Of a DNA stretch of 64,000 nt, positions 38,205 through 52,200 are shown in pieces. A program made the translations under genes and the position numbers. Numbering within the stretch: the first letter of the stretch is position 1; every line of letters starts with the position of its first letter. The notes beneath the pieces were generated by a model. It was not told the origin of the DNA, searched no databases, and worked only from the letters and a program-made list of their open reading frames with translations. The stretch is from Yuukianura sp. NJ FZ-2021 (taxonomy: Eukaryota), in the NCBI GenBank assembly GCA_046563655.1, contig CM102290.1:9114001-9178000 (forward strand). Direction: 5' to 3'.

Positions 38205-41200
38205 CTATTTGGCGGATTGGTCAATGTATTTCCTGTGGTTTTCCAGTACCGACAGCATATGGCGCAATGTCAAGTCTATGTCTGGTGAAAAGCTTTCACC
38301 GCCGCGTCTGGAAACACAATTTAGGTAAATGGCATGTATGTCTTATTGCAAATGTGGTAGAAGCTGCTTGTGATTTATAACTTACGGAGCAAATGGCAGA
38401 AGGCCTCCCTCTGTGACGAAGGCACGAGCCAGAGGTATTCCAAGCTCATTTAAGGGAATCTTCATGAGCCCTTTCAGTAGAGTGGGAAATCGGAGAAACC
38501 CGGGAATATAATCGTCCGAGGTGCTTATGCGCAGTGGAGCAGAAAAGTCCGTGCCTGGGTGAGTCGTGTAAACTGGCTCCCAATCAAGAGGTATAGTTCC
38601 AGAATATGCGAATGGTGCAGCGGCATTCAAAATCATAAGGCCAACGGTGCATCCAAACTGAAAGTGGCATAATTTGATAAATATAAAGTTAATTTACTAC
38701 AGATGAAATCGATGCAACTCCTTACGCAACTTCTCCAAAGGACATCATGACAAGCTTGGAGAAGGAGGTCAATCAGGTAAAAGTCTGCTCTGTCGATCAT
38801 ATGCGCGATTAAATTGCATTCTTCCATGAATGTCGGGCTCTTCTCCATTCGATGCATACTGGGAAGTGTACTGGACTTGATAAAAATTGCCAAGAACATG
38901 TAAGCAGCTGAATGTCCCCTTTCATACGCCGTGAATTGTCGAGCAAAACTTAAGACCAATTCCTAGAAATCATTACAACAAACAGATTTAACACACAAAT
39001 CGTAATAAACACATTAGTTTTAGATCTTACTCTGCCTTTCTGGTATAACATCCAACGAAAAAATATGCCTCTGTCACCCAGTTTGTCAAACGCTTGTAGA
39101 ACCTTGGAATAAGCAGCAAATTCAGGCATGGGGTTGTCTTTGTCATGGAGCGTGTCAGCGATCCGGCGGTATGATAATTCCATACAGTTCAAGTAAAGTT
39201 TGTAATGCTACAACCACATTAAAGAAACGCATAATTAATTTTTGTAAGAACAATTCCAATATCTGGATAAACTTACTCGTTCAATTTCTCGCCAGAGCAG
39301 ACTACGGCTGTTTTGTGGATTAGTCGACATCGCCGCTACTTTGAGAACGGTATCCATGACGCGCTTCGGAGCTAGAGCGCTAACAGTCTAGTTAAAAATA
39401 TTTAATACTTTAGTGCGTTTGTTCAAAGTAAATATTACATCGCAGTAAATAGTACCTGTAATTTTCCCAACGCATTGTCGAAACGTGTAGGCTGGTATTT
39501 CTTCTTCCGTGGACGTTCTTCCTTGGAAGGGAAGACTTTCCTCAAGTGCCGAATATCTCCGTCCTTATTGAAAGCTCTGACCTGAAAAATAATTAAATCA
39601 GATCGTGTTCAAGAATTTACGAATAAGACCAACTACGAGAATATAGGCTAACAACAGTCACATACTATAACCTAAACCGTGTATGTGCACATTATTGGAC
39701 CCACTAGAGTTACATGTCATGTGCGTACCTGGTAATAATAGTCAGTAGTGTAAGGATGATCGCTCTGCAACTGGAGAATTTGGATGTTTCGTAAACGTTG
39801 TTTGTCTTGCTCAGTCATCAGTCCAGAATATCTGTCACCAGACCAATTTTCTCCTCGGTGAAAGTTTCGGCTTGGATGGCCATATCCATGAGGCCTCTTT
39901 CCCATGAATTCCAAGTTTACTCGAAACCGGGAATTTTGTTGTGGCCTATCCATTGTAGGAAGCATTGTTAGTCCACGCTGTTCTGGCATACCATGGTTCA
40001 AAGAATCGCCTGAATCACTGCCATATGAGGACCGTTGCTGAGCAGAACCATGGCTTTTCGGAGCAATTCCTGGGAAGTCACGCACGTTCTCGGGATGAAT
40101 CCGAGAGGGGCCTGTATGCTGAAACAGCAATGGGCGGTTGCTCATCAAAGGAAAATTCATATTATTGTGCTGTATGCCAGGCGGTGGTCGCATAATCCCG
40201 CTTCCAGTTCCAGATTGCATTTGAGAGGTGGGTGGAGGTAGCTGCATTCCACGTATCTCCTGCAAGTTAGTACGCGACACGGCGTGCGCATTGCTTATGG
40301 GTGGTAGAAATGAATGTGCATGTGGAATTCCAGATGCTGCAGAAACGTTGCTCACTTGAAATCCACTCTTTGCTGCAGTCAAGTGTAGTTCATTTTCAAT
40401 TTCTTCTAGTGTTCGGAAACCCTAAATTTCAAAAGCACAAAGCCAAACTAATCATCCTTGTTTACTTACTACGTTTACGTACTTTTAAATAGTAAGTAAG
40501 GAAGTAAGGTAGTAAGTATTAAGCCTACCGGCTTCTCTGCAAGACCTGGTGGTGGTCTATAAGACGGTTGCGGCGGTATGATCGTAGTCGCTGGTTGCTG
40601 CTGCTGGCTTTGTTGAGCATCGAGTGTGCCCTGCAATACATCCGTAGGATGCATTGACCAGATGGAAGAACTAAAGAAAGAGCTCTTCGTGTCTTGTTCT
40701 GTGAACCAGTTCAAGTTCCTGGTAATCACCTGCACACAACAACATATCAAAGTTAAAGCGAAAGAGCACTCATAATCTGCGTTCATAGCTATGCCGTGGA
40801 CTGCTAGGAATTTACCTGCGGCGGCATCAGCGACCTATGAGATGCTTTTATGATTCGATCCCTCTCATTCTCTATATCATCATCTTCCAAAACCAGTCTG
40901 GAGATACTTTCTTCGACGTTTGTATAACCAGAATCCTGATCGTCATATGCACCGTAAAGACTTCCTTCAATGCCCGAGTACAAAGGCGGAACAGCAACTT
41001 CCGTTTCAAATTGATTAAGTAGATTGGAATTCTTCTGCAAACAACAACGTTGAATAATTAAAGGATGACTGAATGCATGTAGAATTTTCTCTCCGGCCAT
41101 TTCAATGCCTTTACCTTATCGATCTCAGGCATGTTCTGTCCAATACCGAAGAAATCATCACTCTGCTCTGCTCCGTCCCAAGTGTATTCTAACAATAATG

Positions 41201-41352
41201 TGACATAATAAATTGACCATGTTCGGAACATAAAACTATAAGAGAGAAGTCGTCCTGAATAAGGGCATTATACCTTCTCCGCAGTCACCGAAAGTCTCGT
41301 CATTGAGAGTATCCTTTTCATCGTCTATGACCACTTCCGTTTCGTCCATCAT
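38205..41352 (-). CDS. PAT1: PAT1 homolog (mRNA decapping activator / P-body protein, PATL1/HPat-like)
   Basis: N-terminal DTLNDETFG motif, Pro/Gln-rich region, mid-domain YSGLMTEQDKQRLRNIQILQLQSDHPYTTDYYYQ, RFDNALGKLQ|TVSALAPKRVMD and a helical C-terminal region. The ATG sits at the start of exon 41352-41274, after a non-coding exon. The stop TAG is at 38207-38205. Confidence 0.88.
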
Positions 41353-41999
41353 CTAAAACCAATTTCATATTTGAATTAACGTTGTCTATCACCTATCACT
41401 ACGCTGATCGAAACTAAATTAAATTGCTTACCTTGAAGTGGTATCGCAGCCTCAATCCTCAAGGCTATGGAAGTGCCCTTCCTTCCCGTTCCAGAATCGG
41501 CTCCTCAGACAACACGTCGTCGTATTAATTAGGATTCCCTAGTCTCATACGTTAGTAAAAGTTCAATTTAGTTCAATTAACCAGTTCTTACTTCTTTGAT
41601 TTTGAATCAAATCGCATTCAACTCGATGAACGATGACTGCCGAATAAACTTACTAAACACTAGTGCAAAAGAAAGAGGTTTCTTCTTCTCGTTCCCTCCT
41701 CGTTTGTTTCGTCAGTCCTACACAGCACAAAAACACAGACAAGACTGCTTACTACATTACCTGGGCATGCCCCCACGTGACAAGACGGACACCTTTATAT
41801 TTTACCAGGTTAATCTAGCGGATACCTTGCTACCACCCAACCGCCCTTATTCTAACAGAGCAGCAACTGGTTTGTCCATTCTTGGGATGGACAGGAAATT
41901 ACTACAGTTTTTGCAATTAGTCATTAGTAATTCGTTACAGAAGTTCTATTTTTTCAAGATTAATTAAACGATTTGGTCCAAATTGTAACGTCATCCTTG
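41353..41999. promoter_or_regulatory. Divergent (head-to-head) promoter and 5' UTR region shared by PAT1 and PGAP2
   Basis: The two start codons face away from each other about 650 bp apart. A PAT1 5' UTR splice donor (AAG|gtaagc) lies at about 41431. Promoter elements were not individually resolved. Confidence 0.6.
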
Positions 42000-43011
42000 A
42001 TGAACCTAACAAAATGTCGGACGGAGAAAACTACCCGAATACCATTTCGCCATATCGCGAGAATCACGGTATCGTTACCACTGATTGGGTTCATTTTCTC
42101 GGTATGTTATGCACTGTATTCCGATCCAGTAGCAGCCACCAGTACTCAATGTCGCATTGCTAACAACGTAAGTCGTCGTCATACTGTTCAGTTATTTCAA
42201 CATTGCTATTTTTATGAATATTGAGGGTTACCTCACCAGGATTTTGAATATTCTTATGAATGTGTCCACTTTTAATTTGTTCCAGGTGAAGAATTATTTA
42301 CCGTCCGTATCCGCTGCCATTGGTTCTTTCCCTCTGTCACAATTAGTATGGCGGATTTGTATTACGCTACACGCTGTGCCCCGTTTTGCTGTCGCTGCTA
42401 TGTATTACCGCTATTTGAAGTCAATAGTCTACCGTAAACATTTACGTCTTAGTGCTTTCGTATGCGGTCTCAACGTCGTTGAAAATATTGGACTCATTGG
42501 ACTTACATTTGTATCCTCTACGGACAATTACTGTAAGCATACAATTGGATTTTACTACCTAAGTCATCTCTACCTATTTACATTATAATCGTCACGTTCC
42601 TATATTCTGATTTAGATGTGCATGAAAAGTGTTTCATTATTTTTGTGACCTGCTCTACCACCTACATGATTCTATTATCTGCCGTGCTCAAATACACTCG
42701 AAACGTCCCTCCCACCGAACTCGAAGTCAAAAGTCTAAACTGGAAACTGAAACTAGTCACAATTTACTTCCTTTTCATTGGGTTCTGTGCGTATACATTT
42801 ACACGACACAACACACGATGCGAAGACGGAAGTAAGTTGTTGAATCTCCTAAGTTATCTATCTTGCCTACCAATCACCGTTAAGTAACAGTTCTTCAAAT
42901 GTTTCAGTGTATACCCTCTTCGCTTTCTGCGAGTACGTCGTTATTCTCTCAAATATGGCGTTCCATATGACTGCGTACTGGGATTTCTATGACAGATCAT
43001 TACCTATTTAA
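42000..43011 (+). CDS. PGAP2: Post-GPI attachment to proteins factor 2 (Frag1/DRAM/Sfk1 family membrane protein), about 244 aa
   Basis: Four exons 42000-42167, 42286-42532, 42616-42831, 42908-43011 (735 nt). Motifs are TVSLPLIGFIFSV, C...[84 protein letters not shown]. The start codon is uncertain. Confidence 0.92.
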
Positions 43012-43248
43012 TTTTTGTTTTATTCGTGTTCAATAAACAGGTGAACATTCAATTAATTAGTATTCAAAGTTTTTTAGCCCAGTATTAGCCACAAAAATCA
43101 TACTTTCTCTCAGTAATTTATAAATATTAAGGGCCAATAGTAATTTTCTTGTGAGTAGCAATTCCCGTGTACTCGGGATGTTAACTGATAATTTTGAAGG
43201 TACATTACTGTTGATATACTGGCTATGTTTGTTGAGTTTGTTTGAGGT

Positions 43249-46200
43249 TTAGGCAAAACCGAACCCTTCCGAACATTCATGGATTGCCTTCAGCAAGTAT
43301 GTTCGGAGCTTGTCGTAAGTCTCATAGGCTGGAAGATCCAATTGATTAAAGCTGCAAATTGAACAGAAACACGTTAGAAATTGATCTCAAGTTAGTAAGG
43401 GTAAAAGAAAACAATACCAAGTGTGAGCACTCGGAAGACGATCAGTAGAGCGATCATCGCGATGAATCTGAAACTTTTGCACCCCATTCATCCCTTCGAG
43501 AGACCCGAATCCTTGGAGAGGCACTTTAGACGTTCCAGTCACGAATTGCAGAAATTTTGCACGTTCCGCTTGGTCGAATGATCTCAACGCACGCCAGAAC
43601 CATTGGATCTAATACAAAAATCCGCATTAGGCAGGCGCAATGGTAAGTCCGTTGTCCCAAGTCAAAACAAGAAAGTTAAGAATTACCTGGAGAGAAGTTG
43701 CATGATATTTGTGGTACTCCGTATTTGACTTCAAGTCTTCAATGTCGACGTTCGGCAAACCGGAGACCAACAACTCCAACTCTTGTTCATTGAAGATAGA
43801 AATCAGGCGTTTTGGAATGATATCGTAAAATCCCTCCAAGAATGCATTCAATCTATCAAGAAGTTCATTGTCAAAATAATCTATCACTGTACAACAACCA
43901 ACGTTACAAATTTCCATGTATGCTTACTGCTTCCGGATTGCTCCTGTCATTTTCATTTGGCACACGAGACGTACGTATTCCATTTTGTTCTCTTCAGTGA
44001 CGGGAATATTTCGGCCGTTTGTAATGAGGTCTCTCACTTCGGTGACTCCAAACTCTTGAACTTCGGTGCTGAAGGTAACGTCGTAACCCAGCTCTGAAAC
44101 ATGGTTGTCCATCAGGAATGCCAATCCTTGGAAGAATGCATAGTCTTCGCTCTCCATATCACTATGCTTCACGTATTTCCCCAGAATGTGCTTGTAGAAG
44201 GAACGGGTGAAGTAGCACTCAAGAAGTTTATTGTCGTAAATAGCCTTGGCTAAAACAAAATACAACAAAAATCAATTTCGTCTATTATTTCTATTTGTTC
44301 CATTATTAAGACGTTGAACATAAACTCACCAATGACGCGCCCAACGAATTTGAAGTAAAAGAGATGATTAGAGTTGCAGTGCGAGGAAGAATTAATCATG
44401 TAAGTAACTCGGTCACCAGGCGAAATAGTGAACAAAGCATACATCGGGTTGAAGATCTCTCGTGAAATAATCACATACCACTCTCGCAACAATCCACCAG
44501 CGTCCTGTCCCTCTTCCCCTGCAATGCAGCACAAAATCAAAATAAGACAACTCCAAGAAAAAAAAATACTTGCATTTGTACCTTCAAAGACAATGTAGAA
44601 CCGATTCTTCCATTCTTCGGCCGATTTCCGATGCAACTCACGAAACGAATCTTCAAACACATGTTGCCGTCTAACATGCACAGCCAAATCCTCACGGCGA
44701 GTTCCATCATCCAGTCTTTCCAGTTCAGCTCGAAAATATCGGCGTTTGATGTCAAAGTCTAAAACTCTCGTGTGATCAACTAGAACTGCAAATGGGCCGT
44801 CGGCTAAATGTACAGTTGATTGACGTAGGATGTGGTTCAGAACAGTGCGGTGAGTTTCTAATGACAAAGTAAAGAAATTATTAGATATTTGGAAAGATGT
44901 GAACTAAAGTTCAGAGAAACTGTTTACAACACTTCTGCCTCAACCCTTACCCGCAAAACTAAGGAATTTTTGTGTATCCGGTGGGAGATCCGTGGTTACG
45001 TGTGTTGATTCAATTCCAGAACAGTTTTGAGGGTCAACCATTTCAGCATCGTCTTGAACACTTCCTGAAGATGGGTCAGCAGCAACGTGTTCCTCATCGA
45101 CCGGAGCTAGCTGTGATTCTCGAGCGGGTTGCAAAAACCGTTTGTAATGGTCGTCAGTCACCAGGGTATGGACTAAGAAGAACGCCTCCACAGCAGGCTG
45201 TTGAACATAAGAAAATTATTAAATGATAGCACTAAAATCCAATGGATTGTGTTAGTACCTGTAGAACCAATACTGCGTGATGGTCAGGCATGTGACCCAA
45301 ACAAAGAAGGCATTGACTCAAAGTTTCCCAGAGTTCATCCAACTGTAACTCGACACTCAACCGAGGAAGAAGAAAATCTTCATCAATCACAGTCTCGTTC
45401 TTTATCTGAAACAAAAGGAATTAACACATACAGAAACAAGAACCCATTAATACAGTTGAAAACTTAACCCTTGATCAACTTACATTCAATTCAGTGGACG
45501 ACTCGTCTTTCTTGATAGCTCCCTGTGCGCTGGAAGAAGTCCCAGCGACGGGAGTAGGAGCAGCGGCAGGAACATTGCGAGAACCACCGACACCTAACAA
45601 CCTTGATGCTGGAATATTGGAAGTAGAAGCAGCAGCAGCTTCTGGAAGGACAACTTCCATGAATATGTCGTCGGCATTAGACGGATTTCCGGCGGGTCGA
45701 TAGTTTCCACCCCCAATTACTCCTCCAACAATTCCCAAATGCCGAGCCATGAATCGGTTGAGATTCTCCCGTCGTTGTTGTGTGTGAGGCGATTCATTCG
45801 CCGAGGCTGCAACAACTGGCTGAGGTTGGGCATTGGAACTGGTTGATTCTGTTAAAGTTCACATACGATCAACAATTAGTAAATTCAGAGCAATAATAAT
45901 ATTGATACAGAGTTCAGCGCCAACATTACCTCTCTTATGTCTTCGAATCGCACCTCGAGTGAACCCTCGGAGACTCATGACAAGTTTAAGGAGACGCAAA
46001 AAGAATGCCTGACTGGACGTCTTAGATGTCAAACTACTCATGGAGGGAAGTTGAAGTTCAAAAGCAGTTTTCGATTTCGTTGCTGCCGATATCACAACTG
46101 TGTCCTTGGTAAATCTACAAACATTAAACACATTAAGCGGATTAGTCGATCGTTTGTCTCCTTTATGTTAAGTATTTACCGATCGGTGATCATTCCTTTG

Positions 46201-49200
46201 AAAACCTTGTCAGTTCCATCAGGCTCACTGGATGTACTGGCCTGTAGCTCTTCTTTCTCCGAATCGACTTGAATAGCTTTCAACTCTTCCATCAGTTCTT
46301 TGATATTGGAACACACAACTTTTCCAAGCTCTTGTACCCCTTCAGTCAGCAAAGCCGTAACCTACAATTCAAAATTCCCATGTGTAAATGTTATATCCAA
46401 AAGAAGTTCTTTTTGGCCACAGTATCTTACCTTGTGTCTAATGCGGGTAGGACCATAAGAGAGATTGAGCAATAGCGAAGTAGCATCCTCAAGACCTTCT
46501 TCTGAGCAGTACTTGGAGGTGATAACTTCAATAATCAGTCGTAGGTGAGTCTCTGAAATCAGTCGAGATTCATCCAAAGGAGGTTGTGGTTCTTCTAGGT
46601 ACACTTTCTTGCCGTAGCCAGTATTTTCCGGCACACCCAGAGAGATCAAGGAAAGCAGTCTCAAAATTTTGTCCATCATTATCGGCTTGTGACGAATGAA
46701 CTGGTAACCAAGCATTTTGATAAGTCTGCCAAAGGGAGAGGCTTCAAAGGTAACGGTCCCCTGCGGAGTATCTGCCGTTGGAGTTGTATTCAGCCCAATC
46801 TTGGCTAAGCTTTTACCCTGAGTTGTCGATTAAAGACAAAAATTAGAAAACAGGTTTCGAAAGAAATGAGTACAATAAGTCGTACCTTTTTGCCAGACGC
46901 AGCCCCATCTAATTTCAAAAGAAAATCCCAGAACAGAACATCTCCACATTCTCCTGGCTTCGATTTTCCTGCTGGACTAAGCTGTGTGCTCTTCTTTGAC
47001 GAATCGATTATCAATGTGTCTGTGTTCAGAATCTTGACATCTGACTCCACAGCTACGTAAGGCAAGAACTGGGCTGGAAAACTTTTGGCCAAATTACTCA
47101 AAGCATCGATGGTGTGGCTGAAATTAAGAATAACATTTCTAATATATGTACTTGTATTCTTAGATTATATTGCAATTATCTTCCCTTACCGAGCTATTTG
47201 AGTTACTGCTTGGGGATGAATGGAGATATACTTGTGGTCAGATCCTAACTTCTTTGTTGTCCCGCCTACAACTTTGTGAATCTGAAATACGTTGGCACCA
47301 CTACACCCGAGCGCCGAGTCGAGACTGATGTTGAGCCAAGTTGGGGCCAACTCAGTGACATTTCCGTGTTTTTTAGAAGACTCCTTCGGTGACACCTTAC
47401 CGCGAATTGCAAGTGGGAGACCCGGAGAACTGGAATGTGAGGTGCTAAATGTGTCGTCACTTTTCTCAATGATGGATAGCAGTGACTAGAATTTGACAAA
47501 AAAGAGATAAATCAGTAATAGATAAGACGTTGCTTTTGCGTTTGTTAAAAATAGTCAATTTCTCTAACCTTGATCATCCAGGCTCGCGTTTGGGTATGGT
47601 AGCACAGATTTCGAATAACACGATGAAGTCTTCCGGTATTAATTTTAGGATCGTCCAAAAACAGAATCACCATGAGACAACTCAGAGTTTCAAAGTCCAC
47701 AAGCTGCTTTCCTTTTGCTTTTGTACTGTAAACAAATTAAAGAATTTAAGTACTAAACAACATACGCAAGATCACCGCTAGAACTATTGAGGACTTACTT
47801 CACAATGTTGTTCGGGTGAACAAGAGTTGGTGGTCGTGGGATCCATCCGCTTGGCCAAGATCGATGTACCCCGCCGTGAAGACCAAATCTGCCGGTGAGG
47901 CGCATGCCTAAACACAGATACAAAATTAGCTGATGTATATAACGCTTAAATGTTGTTAATCACAATCGCAATTACCGCTATGTCTGAGAATAGAGGACAG
48001 AGCAGAAGTAGCACTGTGGTGACTGTGGAATAGACGTTCTTGTAGAATCTGGCGATTTCGTGTCACCCAGTTCCGTCGTAAGTTCTGAGCTTCTTCTGCA
48101 AACTCTGGTGGAATAACTGCCATTTGGGATTCTTCCATATCGGCCAAAATCTAGATTTCGGGAACCGTGCTTTTAACATGAATCGTGAACAGAATGCGAA
48201 TATAATATAAACAACTTACCAACTGTCTCAAATTAGGCTGGAGTGTTCTGAAGAAGGCCTCCGCATCAACCGGATCGTTCGGGTTAGCTGTCGTTGCAAC
48301 TCGCCGTTGCTGTTCCAGACGTTGCTGTGCCAAAACTTCTTCCTGGATGTTTGGCGGTAGAGCAGCCAGAAATTCGGGGCTCACATCCAAAGCACTGGCA
48401 GCTGGTGCTTCCAAGATGGACTGAGCACTTTGCTCTGTAAGCCGCTGGACTCTGTATCAAGTCAAAATGTCAAGCATAAAGTCGAGAACATCGGCTGGAA
48501 CTCTTCTTTGTAATCTAAACCTGCCGTGAACTTAAATGTTAAACTCACCTTAGGTGTTCAGCAATTACTTCTTGTCGCATATCCTCAGGAAGCGCTGCAA
48601 GGAATGACGGGTCCACACCGTCCGGAATTTCGATATCTCCCAATATATCCGCAAACTCGTGGCTTTGACTTTGCACTCCAGAAGGACCAGCAACTGGTTC
48701 TTCTGTCACAACGCTCGCGGACTGTCCGTCAAGAGTCATGTCATCATCTGGTACTTCAACGACAACTTTTGGTGGGGGTTCTTCTCGTTCACCAGACTCT
48801 GATGTATCCTCTGTAGATGTAGCAACTGGAACCTCCTCCACTACGGAAACTTGCATTTCTTCACCTTCATTGCGTACGCCATCTTCCAATCCCAGTTCAG
48901 AAGTGGGTGGTTCAATCACTCTATCGGTACTGCTTACGGTTGGTGCTGAGGACGAGGGAGTGTTTACAATAACATCCGGTGTATGGTTGACATCAGCTGA
49001 ATTAACAGATCAGTGTTTTTTTTTACTTAATAAACCATATCTTAATTCACTGACAGACTCACCGGTTTGATTTGACATCGGTTCTCCTGACCAGTTCAGT
49101 GTTTCGTTGTCTTGAACCGTTGGCACAGTAGGACACTGCGAAGGAACTGAAGGCATAGGATGGGACTGGTGCAACACGTCTTCCTCGATTCGTTCCTCGG

Positions 49201-52200
49201 CTAATGATGACTGAAAGTGTTCCATCCCATTTGCGGTCCTAGTTACCGGAGAGCCTTCTTCCCATTGTGGGTCTCCTCCCACGCCAGCACTCTATTCCAA
49301 AAAATATAACATCAACATAGAAAAATTTTCCTTCAAATGAATATGAATGTTTCCAAATACCGCGTCTCTCATCCCGTTATTTTCCATGCTGATGTTCGGT
49401 AACTGGTCTTGTTGGTTGGACTCCGAAGGCAGCTGGCTGGATGACAAAAGAGACTCCCCAGCGATGAGTACGTCTCCCCCACCAGATTCGACGCCTATGA
49501 AGGAAACAAAAAACATTAGAAGCCGACTACTTATTAGCATTAACATGTCCTATTACTTCACACCAATACTTACCTGTCTGTCCTTGCATTGCAGAGGTGC
49601 TTTGCCCCTGTGTCTTCCGCTTCAACTCGTCTTCTGCCTTTTTCTTTTCCCGTCGAGCCTGAAAAGCTTCATCTCGTTCCTGCTCTACTGCTTCCACGAT
49701 ACTCTTTTTCACTCCTAATGAAAAGTATTACAATAATGCGATTAACGAAAACAAGTTTATTATCAACCTGTTGAATAGATTCAAAATCAGGAATAATTGA
49801 TCCTTACCAACAATGCAGTCGTGCATTGATTCTCCATCGAGTACTTTGGATTCCTCGCACCACCAATGCAGCGCCGTAAAATTTGAAATAGTTCCACTCG
49901 AATTTGTTGCGCCGGCCCGGCTCACACCTTGATCTTGCTGTAAGTATCCGAATCAAAACAACGGTGAATGACATTATTAGATAACACACGGAGAGGTGAG
50001 ATAGTGTCTCAGAGATACGACATTAATACCTGAGATGCATCCATGACAAGTAAACGAGTGTCTCGAATTCCTTGGTGGTTCAGCGTTTGCCCAGTTGTGA
50101 GCTGAATGACATCATTTGCAGTAGAAGGCCCAAGTAATCTGAATTGACAGATAAAAGGACATATCTAAACTAGTAAAAATTCAGTGGATTAACTAGAAAA
50201 ATACCGCTGTAGGATTGGCGGAGGTGGCGGATGCCGTGTGTTGATATATTGAAAATAGTGATACCGTCGTTGTCTACCAGTCCGATGACTCCGAGAAACA
50301 GCACCATGGACGGTAGCGTCTGCAGAAGGCGGTTGGAGTAACGGGTGATTCAGACGTAAACCGACGTTGGACGGCTCATTCATCAATGTCTCCTCAAACA
50401 TCCCCAAGTTGAAATTGTAGGAAGTGTTATTGGTGAAAAATATGGGACCACCAGCATCATCTCCTGTGCCGTACTGAACCATGAGCATCTCATCATCTCT
50501 GTCGAGCTGAGGATTTCGCAGCATCCGTTCATCTGGGGTCTCATCGTAGTTCGACAGTACATCATCACCATCTCCTTCGTCATCATCTTCATCGTCGTCG
50601 TCATCGTCTATATCAAGTAATAATATGGAAATGATCAATTAAACCAGCAACAAATTCATTTAAAACTTTTAAATATCAATAATAATAAACAAACCGTCTC
50701 CTCCATCATTGTGATCGTCTTCGCCATCATCGTCATCATCATCATCATCGTCCCCTTCTCCTTCTGAAGATGGTTCAGAAGAAATAGAAGAGTCTGAATC
50801 AACCACATGATGATCTCGATCATAACTTTCATTCTCTCGCCGTGCTTCCGTGGTTTCCGTATCCATCAGACTGTTCTGAGACTCGTTCAGTGCTTCCTCG
50901 GCATGAATGTTGTCTCTGAAGTATTGGAATTGACAATAAATTACTTTTGAAACCACATTTCATTGTGATACATTATATCAAACTAAGACTCCATACCTGT
51001 CTAGGAGTTGATCCATGATATCTTGAAAGGCATCGTGTTCGGCGTTATCATGGTCATGAGCATGACCTTCCGAAATAGGATCCAAACTCTCGGCTGCTCC
51101 TGAGATGTCGTGCTCTGTATTCTCTGTATCCTCTACAATCTCTTCACCAAGAGCACGAGTGCCTTCTGAATTACTTGTAGGTACTACAAAAAAAATACAT
51201 TTTGCGTTTATACAAGTACCTTTCGTTAGTATAAAACCATGTATCTATTTATACTAGCAGATACATACGTGTGTGCGTATTATTGTCCGAATCCTGGTTT
51301 TGCGATCCCGACTTCGATCTTGTCTTCAATTGAGTAGTTTGGGTTGGAATGTTGACAACTCTCGAAATAAGTTCAAGGCACTTCAAAGAAGCATTGATTG
51401 TCTGGGCGAGGTATTTACTGGACAGATCCACATGATGCACAACACGAGCCAGATCAGTTACTACATTCTTTTTGATGAGAAGACGAACGACGTGATTGAA
51501 CGTGCTAAACAAAACAATGACACAATTCAAATCTTGATTCTTGCCGGAGGTACATGTTTGGAGCTCAGAGGTTATTAGGAATAAGATAATACTTCGAAAT
51601 GGTTTCAACCCATTTCGTTACAAGGCTTTAAATATTACAGTTTAATTCACTTACGTTACGTGCGGCAGCTTCACAGCAACAAACTGAGTCATGACAGATG
51701 AAGGACAGGTCTCAATCATGAACGAAATTAAGTTCAGCAAGTACTGGATCTTCAGATGCTTTTCTTGAGATTCTCGAAGAACTAGAAGTCGATGTAACGC
51801 AGCTTTCACCTACACAACAGACGAAAAAAAAAATGATACTCCATCCCGACCACGATAACAATTCTTACTCAATGCGCGCTATTACCTCACTAATCACAAT
51901 CGCCTGAGCGTCTGGAAGGTGGTTGCACCCTGCCATTCCAGCCAATAGGTCACGAAGTATGGTATTGCAGTCTTTGTTTCCCAGAAACTGGTTCATGGGA
52001 CCCAAATTGTCCAGCAGAAAGCCCAACGCCGTACAGTCCTACAATTTTACAAGTTATTAGATGCTTCAAAGATTAGTCACAACGAATTAAACTTACCTCC
52101 GGTATATTTTTACATGATCCTCCTTCAAACGAATACTCGGCAATGATTTTGCATGCGTAACTGTACGAATGCACAGCTTCCGCAAGAAGTTGAAGTATTG

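Noticed and set aside
38382..39192. Overlapping ORFs in different frames suggesting frameshifts or a pseudogene in PAT1
   Set aside because: Ordinary short introns resolve them (for example 38725-38658, TGC|gtaagg...ttcag|TTT).
43350..43430. HECT catalytic Cys apparently replaced (the ORF track reads SAHTWY)
   Set aside because: An intron splits the codon. TG|gtattg...cag|C gives TGC, restoring LPSAHTCFNQLDLP.
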